Shown here in pieces: positions 36,643 to 46,304 of a DNA stretch of 64,000 nt. A program made the translations under genes and the position numbers. The notes beneath the pieces are model-generated. The model saw nothing but the letters and a program-made list of their open reading frames with translations, had not been told where the DNA came from and did not search any database. Source of the stretch: Alphaproteobacteria bacterium (GTDB lineage Bacteria; Pseudomonadota; Alphaproteobacteria; Bin95). Each line of letters starts with the position of its first letter. Positions within the stretch are counted from its first letter, which is position 1. The stretch spans positions 1,504,001 through 1,568,000 of the forward strand of contig CBDBGH010000003.1 of the NCBI GenBank assembly GCA_965205265.1. Reading direction: 5' to 3'.

Positions 36643-37815
36643 CACGCTGGCTGCCGACACCGCGCCCATGATGGCGATGACGCCGGCCGAGGCGAAGGCG
36701 TATCCCCAGGCGTTCACGGACGCTGCGCCGCCTGTCGTCTCCAGCACGATCCCGAACAGCGCCGGTCCGACAAAACCGCCGGCCGCATTGGCGAAGGCGT
36801 GGAGGGCAAGCGCCCGCCCGCGCAGTTCGGGGTTGCTGACCTCGATAATGCCGCCCGCCAGCGTGCCGGCATCCATCAGCACGAACAGGTTGTGGAGCAG
36901 CACCGGCCCGAGCAGAAGCAGCCAGAACGGCCAGTCCGCTGCAAAACCTACGACGCAAGCTGCGGTGCCGGACAGCAGCAGCGACAATGCCGAGACCTGA
37001 GCCATTCCGAAGCGCGCGCCAAGCCAGGAGCCGACCATGCCCATGGGCGCTCCGATCAATGTGAGCGCCGTGGCGAGCAGCGGCCAGTTCCAATCGGGCG
37101 CGCCGCCGTCCGTCGTCGCGGCGAACACGAAAAAGGCGACCAGCCAACTGCGGAGCGCCAGCAATTCTATGGAATGGCCGAAATTCGCCAGAATCACCTT
37201 CATGGCATTCCGATTGGCGAATACCGGGCGAAGGTCGAGGGAAGCGCCGCCGCCTCCCGCCGCCGTTTTCGGTGGGATCAGGCTCCACACGAGAAGGGCC
37301 GCCACAACCGCCGCAATGCCGGGTATTGCGAAAGCCAGCCTCCAGCCTATGGCGGCGTCCAGCCAGTAGGTCGTGACGTAGGAGCAGCTCGCCGCGATCG
37401 GGAATGTCGATATGTAAAACGCGCCCGCCCGCGCCTCCCCGCCGGACGGTGTCCGGTCTGCGATGACCTTGACTCCCGGCATATAGATCCATGCGAACCC
37501 GATCCCCTGCAAAAGACGGAAGCCGAACCCCGACCAGAACCCGTCGGCGAGAAGCGCGAAGCCGAGGAACCCGGCGGCATTCGCCACGGAACCGGCGATT
37601 ATCAACCGGCGGGCGTCGAAACGGTCGCTCCCGATGCTGACCAGAATGGCGAAGAGGGAGGAGAAATAGGGCGCCCCGGCGAGCCAGCCGGCCTCGCTTT
37701 CCGAAAGCGACCAACGCCCCATGAAATCCGGCAGCAATGCCGGCAGCCCGTGCAGGCCGATCAGGTTGAACCCCAGATGGCTGCACATGATCCAGAGCAA
37801 GGCACGGGACTTCAA
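36628..37815 (-). CDS. MFS transporter
   Basis: About 12 TM helices, SDRFDARR motif A-like; start overlaps the stop of the upstream DHA2 gene. Confidence 0.85.
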   Translation of the reverse strand: MKSRALLWIMCSHLGFNLIGLHGLPALLPDFMGRWSLSESEAGWLAGAPYFSSLFAILVSIGSDRFDARRLIIAGSVANAAGFLGFALLADGFWSGFGFRLLQGIGFAWIYMPGVKVIADRTPSGGEARAGAFYISTFPIAASCSYVTTYWLDAAIGWRLAFAIPGIAAVVAALLVWSLIPPKTAAGGGGASLDLRPVFANRNAMKVILANFGHSIELLALRSWLVAFFVFAATTDGGAPDWNWPLLATALTLIGAPMGMVGSWLGARFGMAQVSALSLLLSGTAACVVGFAADWPFWLLLLGPVLLHNLFVLMDAGTLAGGIIEVSNPELRGRALALHAFANAAGGFVGPALFGIVLETTGGAASVNAWGYAFASAGVIAIMGAVSAASVSRRK

Positions 37816-39329
37816 TCGCCTGCTCCCCTGCCCGGCTTGCGCAACAGCAGGACCAGCGGTGCGGCAAGGCCGATGGTGATTGCCAGCAGCGCAAAATCGT
37901 TGACGAAGGCGATGGTCTCGGCCTGAAGCAGCACTTCCCGCCGCAGCGCCGCCACCGCGGCCTCATTGCCGAGGTCCCAGGGCGAAAGGCTGAGCGCCTC
38001 GCTGTAGTCCGAAACGAAGTCCTTCAACGCCGTGTAATTCGCCTGGGCGCTGCGCGTCAGCACGGCGACGACGATGGAAGTGCCCATGGAAGCGCCGATC
38101 GAGCGGACCAGCGCGAAGAGCGCGGCGGCCTCCGTGCGGTAGCGCTGGGCGAGCGTCGAGAAGGTAACGGTCGTAAGCGACACCCACATCAGGCCCATTC
38201 CAGCGCCGTTCAGCACCGTCGCCCAGACGATTTCGGCCGCCTCGACCCGGTGGTTCCAACCCGTCATCCAGACATTGGAGATGCCGACGGCAGCCAGCCC
38301 GGCGAGGATCAGGTATTTGCCGGCGACGCGGTTCGCCAGCACGCCCGCGAGGAACATCGCAATGCCCGTGCCGACGCCCCGGGCCGACAACACCCAGCCC
38401 GCAGCCAGCACGGGATAGCCCTGGACGTTCTGCAGGAACAGCGGCAGCAGGAACATGCTGGCGAACACCGTGACGCCGAAGACGAAAATCAGCGCCAGCC
38501 CGACGGCGAAGTTCCGGTCGCGGAAAATGGCGAGGTCGATATAGGGAGACCGCGCAGTGAGCGAATGAGCGATGAAGAGATAGAGGCAAAGCCCGGCAAT
38601 CACGGCCTCCGCGATGATTTCGGGAGAACTGAACCAGTCCTGCCGCTCGCCGCGGTCAAGGACAAGTTGGAGGCAGGCCACCCCGATTGCGAGCGTGATG
38701 AGTCCGATCCAGTCGAGGGAAATGCCGCGTTTCTCGGTCTCCGGCGTGGTCATCCAAATGCCGAGAAACGCGATGCAGCCGAGCGGCACATTGATGAAGA
38801 ACACATAGCGCCAGCCGTAGAATTCGGTGAGCAGCGCTCCCACGGTCGGCCCCGCGACCGGCCCCAGAATCATGCCCATCGACCAGATCGACATGGCGAA
38901 GCCGTGCCGGCTGCGGGGGTAGGTGTCGAGCATGATCGCCTGGCTGATCGGCAGCAAAGGCGCGCTGCCGAAGCCCTGCAAGGCGCGGAACAGGATCAGC
39001 TCTTCCAGACTGTCCGCCGACGCGCAGAGCATCGCCGTAACGGTGAAAGCGGCAATCGACCAGAGGAATACCAGCCGCCGCCCGAACTTGACTGCGAGCC
39101 AGCCCGAAACGGTCGTGCCGAGAGCCGAGGCGACGATAAAGGCCGTCACCACCCAGCCGATCTGGTCCGGCGTTGCCGAGAGGTTGCCCTGCATGGAAGG
39201 CAGGGCGACATAGGCGGTGCTCATATTGGTGGAGTGCAGCAGCGAGGCTGCGAGCACCGGTATGGTTATCGTCGCGGTTTCCGCGCGCGTAAACGGCCCC
39301 GCCGCCGGGCGGTTGCGGGTCGAAAGCAC
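37812..39329 (-). CDS. DHA2 (EmrB/QacA) family MFS efflux permease
   Basis: VALPSMQGNL, FRALQG, WRYVFFINVP, LDRGERQDWF. Confidence 0.9.
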   Translation of the reverse strand: MLSTRNRPAAGPFTRAETATITIPVLAASLLHSTNMSTAYVALPSMQGNLSATPDQIGWVVTAFIVASALGTTVSGWLAVKFGRRLVFLWSIAAFTVTAMLCASADSLEELILFRALQGFGSAPLLPISQAIMLDTYPRSRHGFAMSIWSMGMILGPVAGPTVGALLTEFYGWRYVFFINVPLGCIAFLGIWMTTPETEKRGISLDWIGLITLAIGVACLQLVLDRGERQDWFSSPEIIAEAVIAGLCLYLFIAHSLTARSPYIDLAIFRDRNFAVGLALIFVFGVTVFASMFLLPLFLQNVQGYPVLAAGWVLSARGVGTGIAMFLAGVLANRVAGKYLILAGLAAVGISNVWMTGWNHRVEAAEIVWATVLNGAGMGLMWVSLTTVTFSTLAQRYRTEAAALFALVRSIGASMGTSIVVAVLTRSAQANYTALKDFVSDYSEALSLSPWDLGNEAAVAALRREVLLQAETIAFVNDFALLAITIGLAAPLVLLLRKPGRGAGD

Positions 39330-39358
39330 GCGGCGGGGCCGTTCCCGACGACCGGCGG

Positions 39359-40171
39359 TCAGGCAGAGGATTCGGGGTCGAAATTCGGCGCCCGTTTCTC
39401 CAGATGCGCCGCCAGGCCTTCCTCGACTTCCGGGCCGGTAAAGCCCAGCATTTCAAGCGCGGTCGAGGCGTCGTAGGCCGGCCCCATCTGGCGGTACCAG
39501 TTGTTCAGCGCATATTTGGTCCAGCGGATGGCGCTCGGTGCTCCGTTGGCGAGCTTGCGCGCGACTTCGAGCGCCTTGTCCTGCAGTTCGTCATCCTCGA
39601 CGCAGAGCGACACAAGCCCGATCCGCTCCGCCTCCTCGCCGTAAACCGACTCGCAGAGCATCAGGTAGTATTTGGCCTTCGCCATGCCGCAGAGCAGCGG
39701 CCAGTTGATGACCGAATGGTCGCCGGCGGCGACGCCGAGCCGTGTGTGGCCGTCGATGATGCGCGCCGACTTGCCGGCGATGGAAATGTCGCAGAGCAGC
39801 CCCGCGACCAGGCCGGCGCCGACGGCGACTCCGTTCAGCGCGGAAACGGTCGGCTTGCAGCAATCGATGATGTTGTAGACGAGGTCGCGGGCTTCCTTCC
39901 AGGCGCGCACGCGGTCGTCGTAATTGTCGATGTTCTTGCGGATCATCGAGAAGTCGCCGCCGGACGAGAAGGCCCTGCCCTTGCCGGTCAGGATCACCGC
40001 CGAGACATCGCGGTCCTGGTCGATCTCGCGCCAGATATAGGTCATGTCGCGATGGCCGTCGGAGTCGAGCGAGTTGTAGGTCTCGGGCTTGTTGAGGGTC
40101 AGGCGCAGAACGCGCTCCTCGGGCCAGTCGATCTCGAATGTCCGGCGGTAGTCGTCATAGCGGTCGCCCAT
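39359..40171 (-). CDS. enoyl-CoA hydratase/isomerase family protein
   Basis: [28 protein letters not shown]. Confidence 0.9.
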   Translation of the reverse strand: MGDRYDDYRRTFEIDWPEERVLRLTLNKPETYNSLDSDGHRDMTYIWREIDQDRDVSAVILTGKGRAFSSGGDFSMIRKNIDNYDDRVRAWKEARDLVYNIIDCCKPTVSALNGVAVGAGLVAGLLCDISIAGKSARIIDGHTRLGVAAGDHSVINWPLLCGMAKAKYYLMLCESVYGEEAERIGLVSLCVEDDELQDKALEVARKLANGAPSAIRWTKYALNNWYRQMGPAYDASTALEMLGFTGPEVEEGLAAHLEKRAPNFDPESSA

Positions 40172-40261
40172 CGGGGCTTTCCTCCTGCTGCGTCAGAGTT
40201 CCATTGCGGCTTCGCGGTTCTCGCCCGAAGCGGGTTGCGGGTCAATTGCGCGCGAGCGGCC

Positions 40262-41596
40262 TCAGAGGGCTTCGGCTTCCGCCGCCTCCCCCTCCATGGA
40301 AGCCAGTTCGCCGAGAGTAACCGGCCCGATCGGCGGGCGTATGCGGAAACTGCCGACCTCCTCCATCGCGACGCCCCGCTCATCGGCGATGATTTCGGCG
40401 GCGGCGAGCCCGCACATGCGCCCCTGGCAGGGGCCCATGCCGACGCGGGCGAAGGCCTTGAGCTGGTTGGGCCCCATCGCCCCGTCGCGCACCGCCCGGC
40501 GGATATCGCCGGCCGCGATGCTCTCGCAGCGGCAGACCAGCGCCTCGTCCGCAGGCAAGGCGGTGTGAGGCCGGAACAGGCGGTCGAGCAGCGGCCGCAT
40601 GGCGCGCTCCCGGTCCAGCGCGGCGACCAGCCCTCCCGGATCCACGCCGGCCGCCAGCCTGGCCGCGATCCGGCCCGACAGGACAGCCGCCCGCGCGCCG
40701 GCAATGCCGCCGGCGTCTCCCGCGACCAGCAGGGTCTCCTCCGCCGTTCGGCCCAGGGAGTCCGCTACGGGCGCCCAATGGCGTTGTTCCGGGCGCCAGC
40801 CATGCGCAAGGCCGGCCTGCCGCGAAAGATGGGTCTGCGGCACGACGCCTTCATGCAGCAGCAGCAGGTCGCAGGCGATCTCGCCGCCGGCGAACCGCAC
40901 CGACTCCCCCGTCGCCGCGAGGCCGCCGACGCCCGACCGGAACTCGACGCCGGCGCGTCTTAGCCTGCGTTTCATCGCCACACCCCTGGCGAGCTCGCGC
41001 CAGCCGGTCATGGCGCGCGGCAGGGCGGGCGCCGCGTCCAGATAGTCGGCGCTTTCCGTCGTCTCCAGCACCGCCGCCACCTCGGCTCCGGCATCCAGCA
41101 ACTGGCAGCCGACGAGCAGCAGGAGCGGCCCCGATCCCGCAAGCACGATCCGCCCGGTCGGCACCAGCCCCGATGCCTTCAGCAACACCTGCGCGGCGCC
41201 CGCTCCCATCACGCCCGGCCGTTCGGCCCCGGGGATCGGCACCGGCCGTTCCATCGCTCCTGTTGCGATCAATACGCGGCGGGCCGATACCGTCGAAGCT
41301 GCGCCTTCCCGGCTGTAGGCGATCCGCGCGCCCGCATCGAGCCGCCAGACAGCACTGCCCGGCCGGTAGTCGATACGGGCTTGCCGGAAGTCCGCCGCGA
41401 GCGCCCGCCCGGCTTCGTACTCCTCGCCCAGTATCGCGCAGAGGCCCGGCTCTGCCCGCTCGATTCCGCGATAAATCTGCCCTCCCGGCTCGGGCTGGTC
41501 GTCCAGGACGGCAACGGAAAGGCCGTGCTCCGCCGCCTCCACCGCAGCCGCCATGCCAGCCGGGCCCGCGCCGACAATAGCCAGATCGACGCTCAT
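40262..41596 (-). CDS. FAD/NAD(P)-binding oxidoreductase with BFD-like 2Fe-2S (OoxA/HcnB-like)
   Basis: GAGPAG, ATGAMERP, CRCE...GMGPCQGRMC, RPP. Confidence 0.88.
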   Translation of the reverse strand: MSVDLAIVGAGPAGMAAAVEAAEHGLSVAVLDDQPEPGGQIYRGIERAEPGLCAILGEEYEAGRALAADFRQARIDYRPGSAVWRLDAGARIAYSREGAASTVSARRVLIATGAMERPVPIPGAERPGVMGAGAAQVLLKASGLVPTGRIVLAGSGPLLLLVGCQLLDAGAEVAAVLETTESADYLDAAPALPRAMTGWRELARGVAMKRRLRRAGVEFRSGVGGLAATGESVRFAGGEIACDLLLLHEGVVPQTHLSRQAGLAHGWRPEQRHWAPVADSLGRTAEETLLVAGDAGGIAGARAAVLSGRIAARLAAGVDPGGLVAALDRERAMRPLLDRLFRPHTALPADEALVCRCESIAAGDIRRAVRDGAMGPNQLKAFARVGMGPCQGRMCGLAAAEIIADERGVAMEEVGSFRIRPPIGPVTLGELASMEGEAAEAEAL

Positions 41597-41886
41597 GCCC
41601 CGGGTCCCGTTCCGTCCGTCCTGCGCGCGACGCGAAGGCCCTCGCGCACCGGCGTCATGCAGGCCTGGCGGTTCGGCTCGCCATCGATCTCGACGAGGCA
41701 TTCGAAACAGACGCCCATGGCGCACCAGGGTCCGCGCGGCAAGCCATCGACCGGCGCATGGCGAAATACCGCAATGCCCGATGCCAGCAGCGCGGCCGCA
41801 ACGCTGTCTCCAGGCGCGGCGGAGACCGGCTCGCCGTCTATCTCTATCGTGACCGTCGCCTTGCGCTCAGGCAGCCGCCGGAACAT
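41593..41886 (-). CDS. 2Fe-2S binding subunit (HcnA/OdhC-like)
   Basis: CAMGVCFECLVEIDG...QAC. Confidence 0.9.
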   Translation of the reverse strand: MFRRLPERKATVTIEIDGEPVSAAPGDSVAAALLASGIAVFRHAPVDGLPRGPWCAMGVCFECLVEIDGEPNRQACMTPVREGLRVARRTDGTGPGA

Positions 41887-42979
41887 CGAACCTCCGCGCG
41901 CTGAAGGCCTCGAACCCGTCCGGCGCCCTGCCCTCGGCGATCCAGTCCGGCAGGCGGGCGGCGTGGACGGCGGCGAGCGTGACGCCGCTGTGCATGGTGG
42001 CGACGAAGGCTCCCGGATGGCTTTCGGACTCGTCGTAGATCGGGCAACGGTCAGGGGGAATGACCCTGAGCGCCGCCCAACTCCGCACCAGCCTCAGCCG
42101 TTCGAGCGCCGGAAGGGCGCGGATCGCCCGCCGGGCGAGCCCGCGCGCCGCTTCCAGCGTGGTGCCGGTGTCGAAGCCGACGCTCTCCTGCGTCGCGCCG
42201 ATCATGACCGTCCCTTCCGCCGTCTGGCGGAGATTGCCCATCGGCATCGGCATGAACCGTTCCGTCCTCTCGGTCACCAGCACCTGGCCGCGTTCCGGCA
42301 CGGTCGGCACATTCAGGCCGACCTGCGCCGCCAGAGGCGGAATGCCGTTGCCGGCCGCCAGCAGCAGTTTCGGGGCTTCGAATGCGCCGGCGTCCGTCTC
42401 CACCCGGAAGCCGCGCTCGATATGGCGCACCCGCGCGCCGGGCCGGTAGCGCCCGCCTCTCGCCCCGAAGCCGGCGTGGAGGGCGCGCAGCAGGTAGAGC
42501 GGCCCGCAATGGCCGTCCTTTTCCGAGAAGGACGCGCCCACGACCTCCTGCCCGAAACGGACGCCCGGGACCATCCGCTCCAGTTCGGCGCGTTCGACCA
42601 TCCGGGCGTGGTAACCGCCGCCCTGGGCCGCCATGGCCTCGTTGAGCCGCCGCTGCGCCTCCCATTCCCCGTCGCCGAGGCACAGGATCGCGCCGCCCGG
42701 CCGCTCATGGTGGATGTCGATGCCCGTCAGGCCTGCGAGCTCCCCGGCGAAACCGGCATAGCGGTCCGCCGATTCCTGCGACCATTCCTGGTAGCGCTGG
42801 AGGCCGAAGCCCTTGGTCTGGACCCAGACGAGCCCGAAATTGCCCCGCGCCGCCCGGAAGGCGTCGTCGCCCTCGTCGAGCATGAGCACATCGAGCCCCT
42901 TGCCGGCGAGCCCATAGGCGGCCGCCGCGCCGACCATGCCGCCGCCGATGACGATGATGTCAGCCGTCCCCTCCAGCAT
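41867..42979 (-). CDS. FAD-dependent D-amino acid oxidase-type subunit (OoxB/HcnC-like)
   Basis: IGGGMVG, RAARGNFGLVWVQ, RSWAALR, HSGVTLA. Confidence 0.88.
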   Translation of the reverse strand: MLEGTADIIVIGGGMVGAAAAYGLAGKGLDVLMLDEGDDAFRAARGNFGLVWVQTKGFGLQRYQEWSQESADRYAGFAGELAGLTGIDIHHERPGGAILCLGDGEWEAQRRLNEAMAAQGGGYHARMVERAELERMVPGVRFGQEVVGASFSEKDGHCGPLYLLRALHAGFGARGGRYRPGARVRHIERGFRVETDAGAFEAPKLLLAAGNGIPPLAAQVGLNVPTVPERGQVLVTERTERFMPMPMGNLRQTAEGTVMIGATQESVGFDTGTTLEAARGLARRAIRALPALERLRLVRSWAALRVIPPDRCPIYDESESHPGAFVATMHSGVTLAAVHAARLPDWIAEGRAPDGFEAFSARRFDVPAAA

Positions 42980-43119
42980 GGCGGCAATGGTGGGGTAGCG
43001 GTGCGGCCTGCGCAAGCCGTCTGCCGGCGGAAAGCGCCCGCCGGACGGTTTCCCGGCGGGCGGGGCCGTGGCATGTTCCCGGCCCGCCATTACCTCGACG
43101 AAGCGCCGGACGATCCGCC

Positions 43120-44886
43120 ATGAATGTTGCAACGCCCCCGTTTTTCGCTTGGAACACGCTGCCCAATGCGAGCGCCGCCGGTACGCCGCTGGCGCCCGAT
43201 TGCCACGGGATGAACTTCTTCGACATCGACCGCAGCCTGCAGGACCTGCTGCCGCTCTACCTGCCGGACGAGTTGCGCGAACACATGCTCCCGCATTTCC
43301 GGCGCCTCGGCGAAATCGCCGGCGGACGGCTCGACGAACTGGCCCGTCTCTCCGACCGGCACGGACCTGTATTGCATTCGCGGGACGCTTTCGGGCGCGA
43401 CGAGGAATGGATCGAATTCCACCCGGCCTACCGGGAGATGGAGCAGATCGGTTTCGGCGATTTCGGCATCCACGCCATGTCCCGCCGCCCCGGCGTGCTC
43501 GGCTGGAACGGCACGCCGATTACCGCGAAATACATCCTGCAATACCTGTTCGTGCAGTCCGAATTCGCTCTGATGTGCCCGATCTCGGTCACGGACACCT
43601 CGGCATATCTCATCGGGAAATACGGCGATGAGGCGGTCCGGCGGCGCTTCATGCCGGGGCTCACCAGCCAGGACATGGGCGCAATCTGCAAGGCCGCCCA
43701 GTTCATGACCGAGAAGACCGGCGGCTCCGATGTCGGCGGAATCGAGCTGGCGGCCCGGCTGGAGGAGGGGCCCGACGGCCCGGAATGGCGGCTCTACGGC
43801 GACAAGTGGTTCTGCTCCTGCGCCGATGCCGATGTCGCCCTTCTGCTGGCGAGGCCCGAAGGCGCGGTCGAGGGCACGGCCGGCCTCGGCCTCTTCGCCC
43901 TGCCGAAGCACCGGGACGACGGCAGCCGCAACAGCTACCGGATCGTGCGCCTCAAGGACAAGCTGGGCACGAGGTCCATGGCGTCGGGCGAGATCGTCTT
44001 CGACGGCGCCGTCGCCTATCCGCTCGGAGACGTGGGCCCCGGCCGCAACAACGGCCTCAAGCAGATGCTGGACCAGGTCAATCTGAGCCGCCTGTCCCAC
44101 GGTGTGCGCGCCGCGGCGATGATGCGGCGTTGCCTTAACGAGGCATTGGCGGCGGCGCGCGGCCGCACAGCGTTCGGCAGCGTCGTTGCCGACAAGCCGC
44201 TGATGCGCCGGCAGTTGCTCAAGCTGATGGTGCCGACCGAACAAGCCCTCTCGATGGCGCTGTTCACCGCGGACAAACTGGAAAGGTCGGAAGCCGGCGA
44301 CGAGGCGGCGACGGCGCTGGTAAGGCTGCTCACGCCGTTGCTGAAATTCCGCACCTGCCGCGACAATATCGCGGTCGCGACCGGCGCGATGGAAGCGCGC
44401 GGCGGTAACGGTTACATCGAGACCTTCGTCAACGCCCGGCTGGTGCGCGACGCCCATCTGGGCGTGCTGTGGGAAGGCACCTCCAACATCAACGCGCTCG
44501 ACATTATCGGGCGCGCCGTCGGCAAGGCCGGCGCCCAGGAGGTGCTCGGCGACACCCTGGCAGACCTGCTGGACAGGGCGGAGGGCCTGCCCGGCCAGTT
44601 GAAGGGGGCGCTCGGCCACGCCGCCGCCCGAGCGGTCGCGCTCGCCGGGGAAGTCGCGGATGCCGGGGACGAGCCGCGCATGCGTCAGGCTTCCGATGCG
44701 CTCTACCATGCGGCGAGCGCCGTCGTCATGGCGCATGAAGGCGCCCGGATCGCGGCGGCCGGCGGCGGCCGGAAACGCCTGTTGCTGGCGCAAATGGTGC
44801 TCGACCGCCGGCTGAGCCCGCAGGACCCGCTCGCTCCGCGCGGCGACGACCCGGAGATTGCCGCGGAGCTGCTGGAGGCCGCGTAA
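43120..44886 (+). CDS. acyl-CoA dehydrogenase family protein (AidB-like)
   Basis: MTEKTGGSDV, GDKWFCS, RLKDKLGTRSMASGE, GGNGYIE, WEGTSNI. Confidence 0.9.
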   Translation: MNVATPPFFAWNTLPNASAAGTPLAPDCHGMNFFDIDRSLQDLLPLYLPDELREHMLPHFRRLGEIAGGRLDELARLSDRHGPVLHSRDAFGRDEEWIEFHPAYREMEQIGFGDFGIHAMSRRPGVLGWNGTPITAKYILQYLFVQSEFALMCPISVTDTSAYLIGKYGDEAVRRRFMPGLTSQDMGAICKAAQFMTEKTGGSDVGGIELAARLEEGPDGPEWRLYGDKWFCSCADADVALLLARPEGAVEGTAGLGLFALPKHRDDGSRNSYRIVRLKDKLGTRSMASGEIVFDGAVAYPLGDVGPGRNNGLKQMLDQVNLSRLSHGVRAAAMMRRCLNEALAAARGRTAFGSVVADKPLMRRQLLKLMVPTEQALSMALFTADKLERSEAGDEAATALVRLLTPLLKFRTCRDNIAVATGAMEARGGNGYIETFVNARLVRDAHLGVLWEGTSNINALDIIGRAVGKAGAQEVLGDTLADLLDRAEGLPGQLKGALGHAAARAVALAGEVADAGDEPRMRQASDALYHAASAVVMAHEGARIAAAGGGRKRLLLAQMVLDRRLSPQDPLAPRGDDPEIAAELLEAA

Positions 44887-44973
44887 TCCTGCGTTGCGCA
44901 TCGGACTGGACGAGGCTCTCCGCGACACCGGGTATCCTTGCCGGAGGGAACGGCCCCGCTTAGGGTCCGGGCC

Positions 44974-46269
44974 ATGATCGAACGCTATTCCCGCCCCCAG
45001 ATGGCGGCCATCTGGTCGCCGGAGACCAGGTTCCGCATCTGGTTCGAGATCGAGGCCCATGCGCTCGACGCCATGGCGGCGCTCGGCATGGCGCCCGCCT
45101 CTGCTGCGCGCGCGGTGTGGGAGCGGGGCGCGTTTGAGGTCGGGCGCATAGACGAAATCGAGGCCGAGACGAAGCACGACGTCATCGCCTTCCTCACCAA
45201 TCTCGCCGAGCATGTCGGGCCGGAAGCGCGGTTCGTCCACCAGGGCATGACCTCATCCGATGTGCTCGACACCTGCCTGGCGGTGCAGCTCGCGCGCGCC
45301 AGCGACATTCTTCTGGCCGACCTCGACAGGCTCCTCTCCGCATTGAAAGCAAAGGCTTGTGAGCACAAATTCACGCTCTGCGTCGGCCGCAGCCACGCCA
45401 TCCACGCGGAGCCCACCACCTTCGGCGTGAAGCTGGCAGGCCACTATGCCGAGTTCGCCCGCAACCGCGCCCGCCTGGAGGCGGTCCGGGCAGAGATTGC
45501 GACCTGCGCCATTTCCGGCCCCGTCGGCACATTCGCCAGCGTCGATCCGCGCGTCGAGGCCCATGTGGCGGAAAAGCTGGGCCTCGCGCCCGAGACCCAT
45601 TCGACCCAGGTAATCCCGCGCGACCGGCACGCCATGTTCTTCGCCGTGCTGGGAGTCATCGCCAGCGGCGTCGAGCGGCTCGCGGTCGAAATCCGGCATT
45701 TGCAGCGCACCGAGCTGCGGGAGGCGGAAGAGTTCTTCTCCGCCGGGCAAAAAGGCTCCTCCGCAATGCCGCACAAGCGCAATCCGGTGCTGACGGAAAA
45801 CCTGACCGGGCTTGCGCGCATGGTGCGCTCGGCCGTCATTCCCGCGCTTGAGAATGTCGCGCTCTGGCATGAGCGGGACATTTCCCATTCCTCCGTCGAG
45901 CGGATGATCGGCCCGGATGCGACAGTCACTCTCGATTTCGCGCTCCACCGGCTCGCGGGCGTGGTGGAGAAGCTGGTCGTCTATCCCGAAGCCATGCGGC
46001 GGAATTTCGACAGCCTGGGCGGCCTCGTGTTTTCGCAGCATGTCCTTCTGGAGCTCACGCAAGCGGGCATGAGCCGCGAAGACGCCTATGCGAAGGTGCA
46101 GGCGGCAGCGATGGCCGTCTGGCGGGAAGGCGGCTCCTTCCGCGCCGAGCTCGAGCGGGACCCGGAGATTGCCGCAGCCGTGCCGCCCGCGCGGCTCGAC
46201 GAACTCTTCGATGCGGACCGCCAGCTGGTTCATGTCGATACGATCTTCGCGCGCGTCTTCGGAAGCTGA
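44974..46269 (+). CDS. purB: adenylosuccinate lyase
   Basis: MIERYSRP, TKHDVIAF, GSSAMPHKRNP, WHERDISHSS. Confidence 0.97.
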   Translation: MIERYSRPQMAAIWSPETRFRIWFEIEAHALDAMAALGMAPASAARAVWERGAFEVGRIDEIEAETKHDVIAFLTNLAEHVGPEARFVHQGMTSSDVLDTCLAVQLARASDILLADLDRLLSALKAKACEHKFTLCVGRSHAIHAEPTTFGVKLAGHYAEFARNRARLEAVRAEIATCAISGPVGTFASVDPRVEAHVAEKLGLAPETHSTQVIPRDRHAMFFAVLGVIASGVERLAVEIRHLQRTELREAEEFFSAGQKGSSAMPHKRNPVLTENLTGLARMVRSAVIPALENVALWHERDISHSSVERMIGPDATVTLDFALHRLAGVVEKLVVYPEAMRRNFDSLGGLVFSQHVLLELTQAGMSREDAYAKVQAAAMAVWREGGSFRAELERDPEIAAAVPPARLDELFDADRQLVHVDTIFARVFGS

Positions 46270-46304
46270 ACCCTCTTCGCCCCGGCCTCATTGGAGATTT
46301 CGTA

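Noticed and set aside
40262-42979. HCN synthase hcnABC
   Set aside because: Gene order differs and the family includes opine and hydroxyproline dehydrogenases; no symbol assigned
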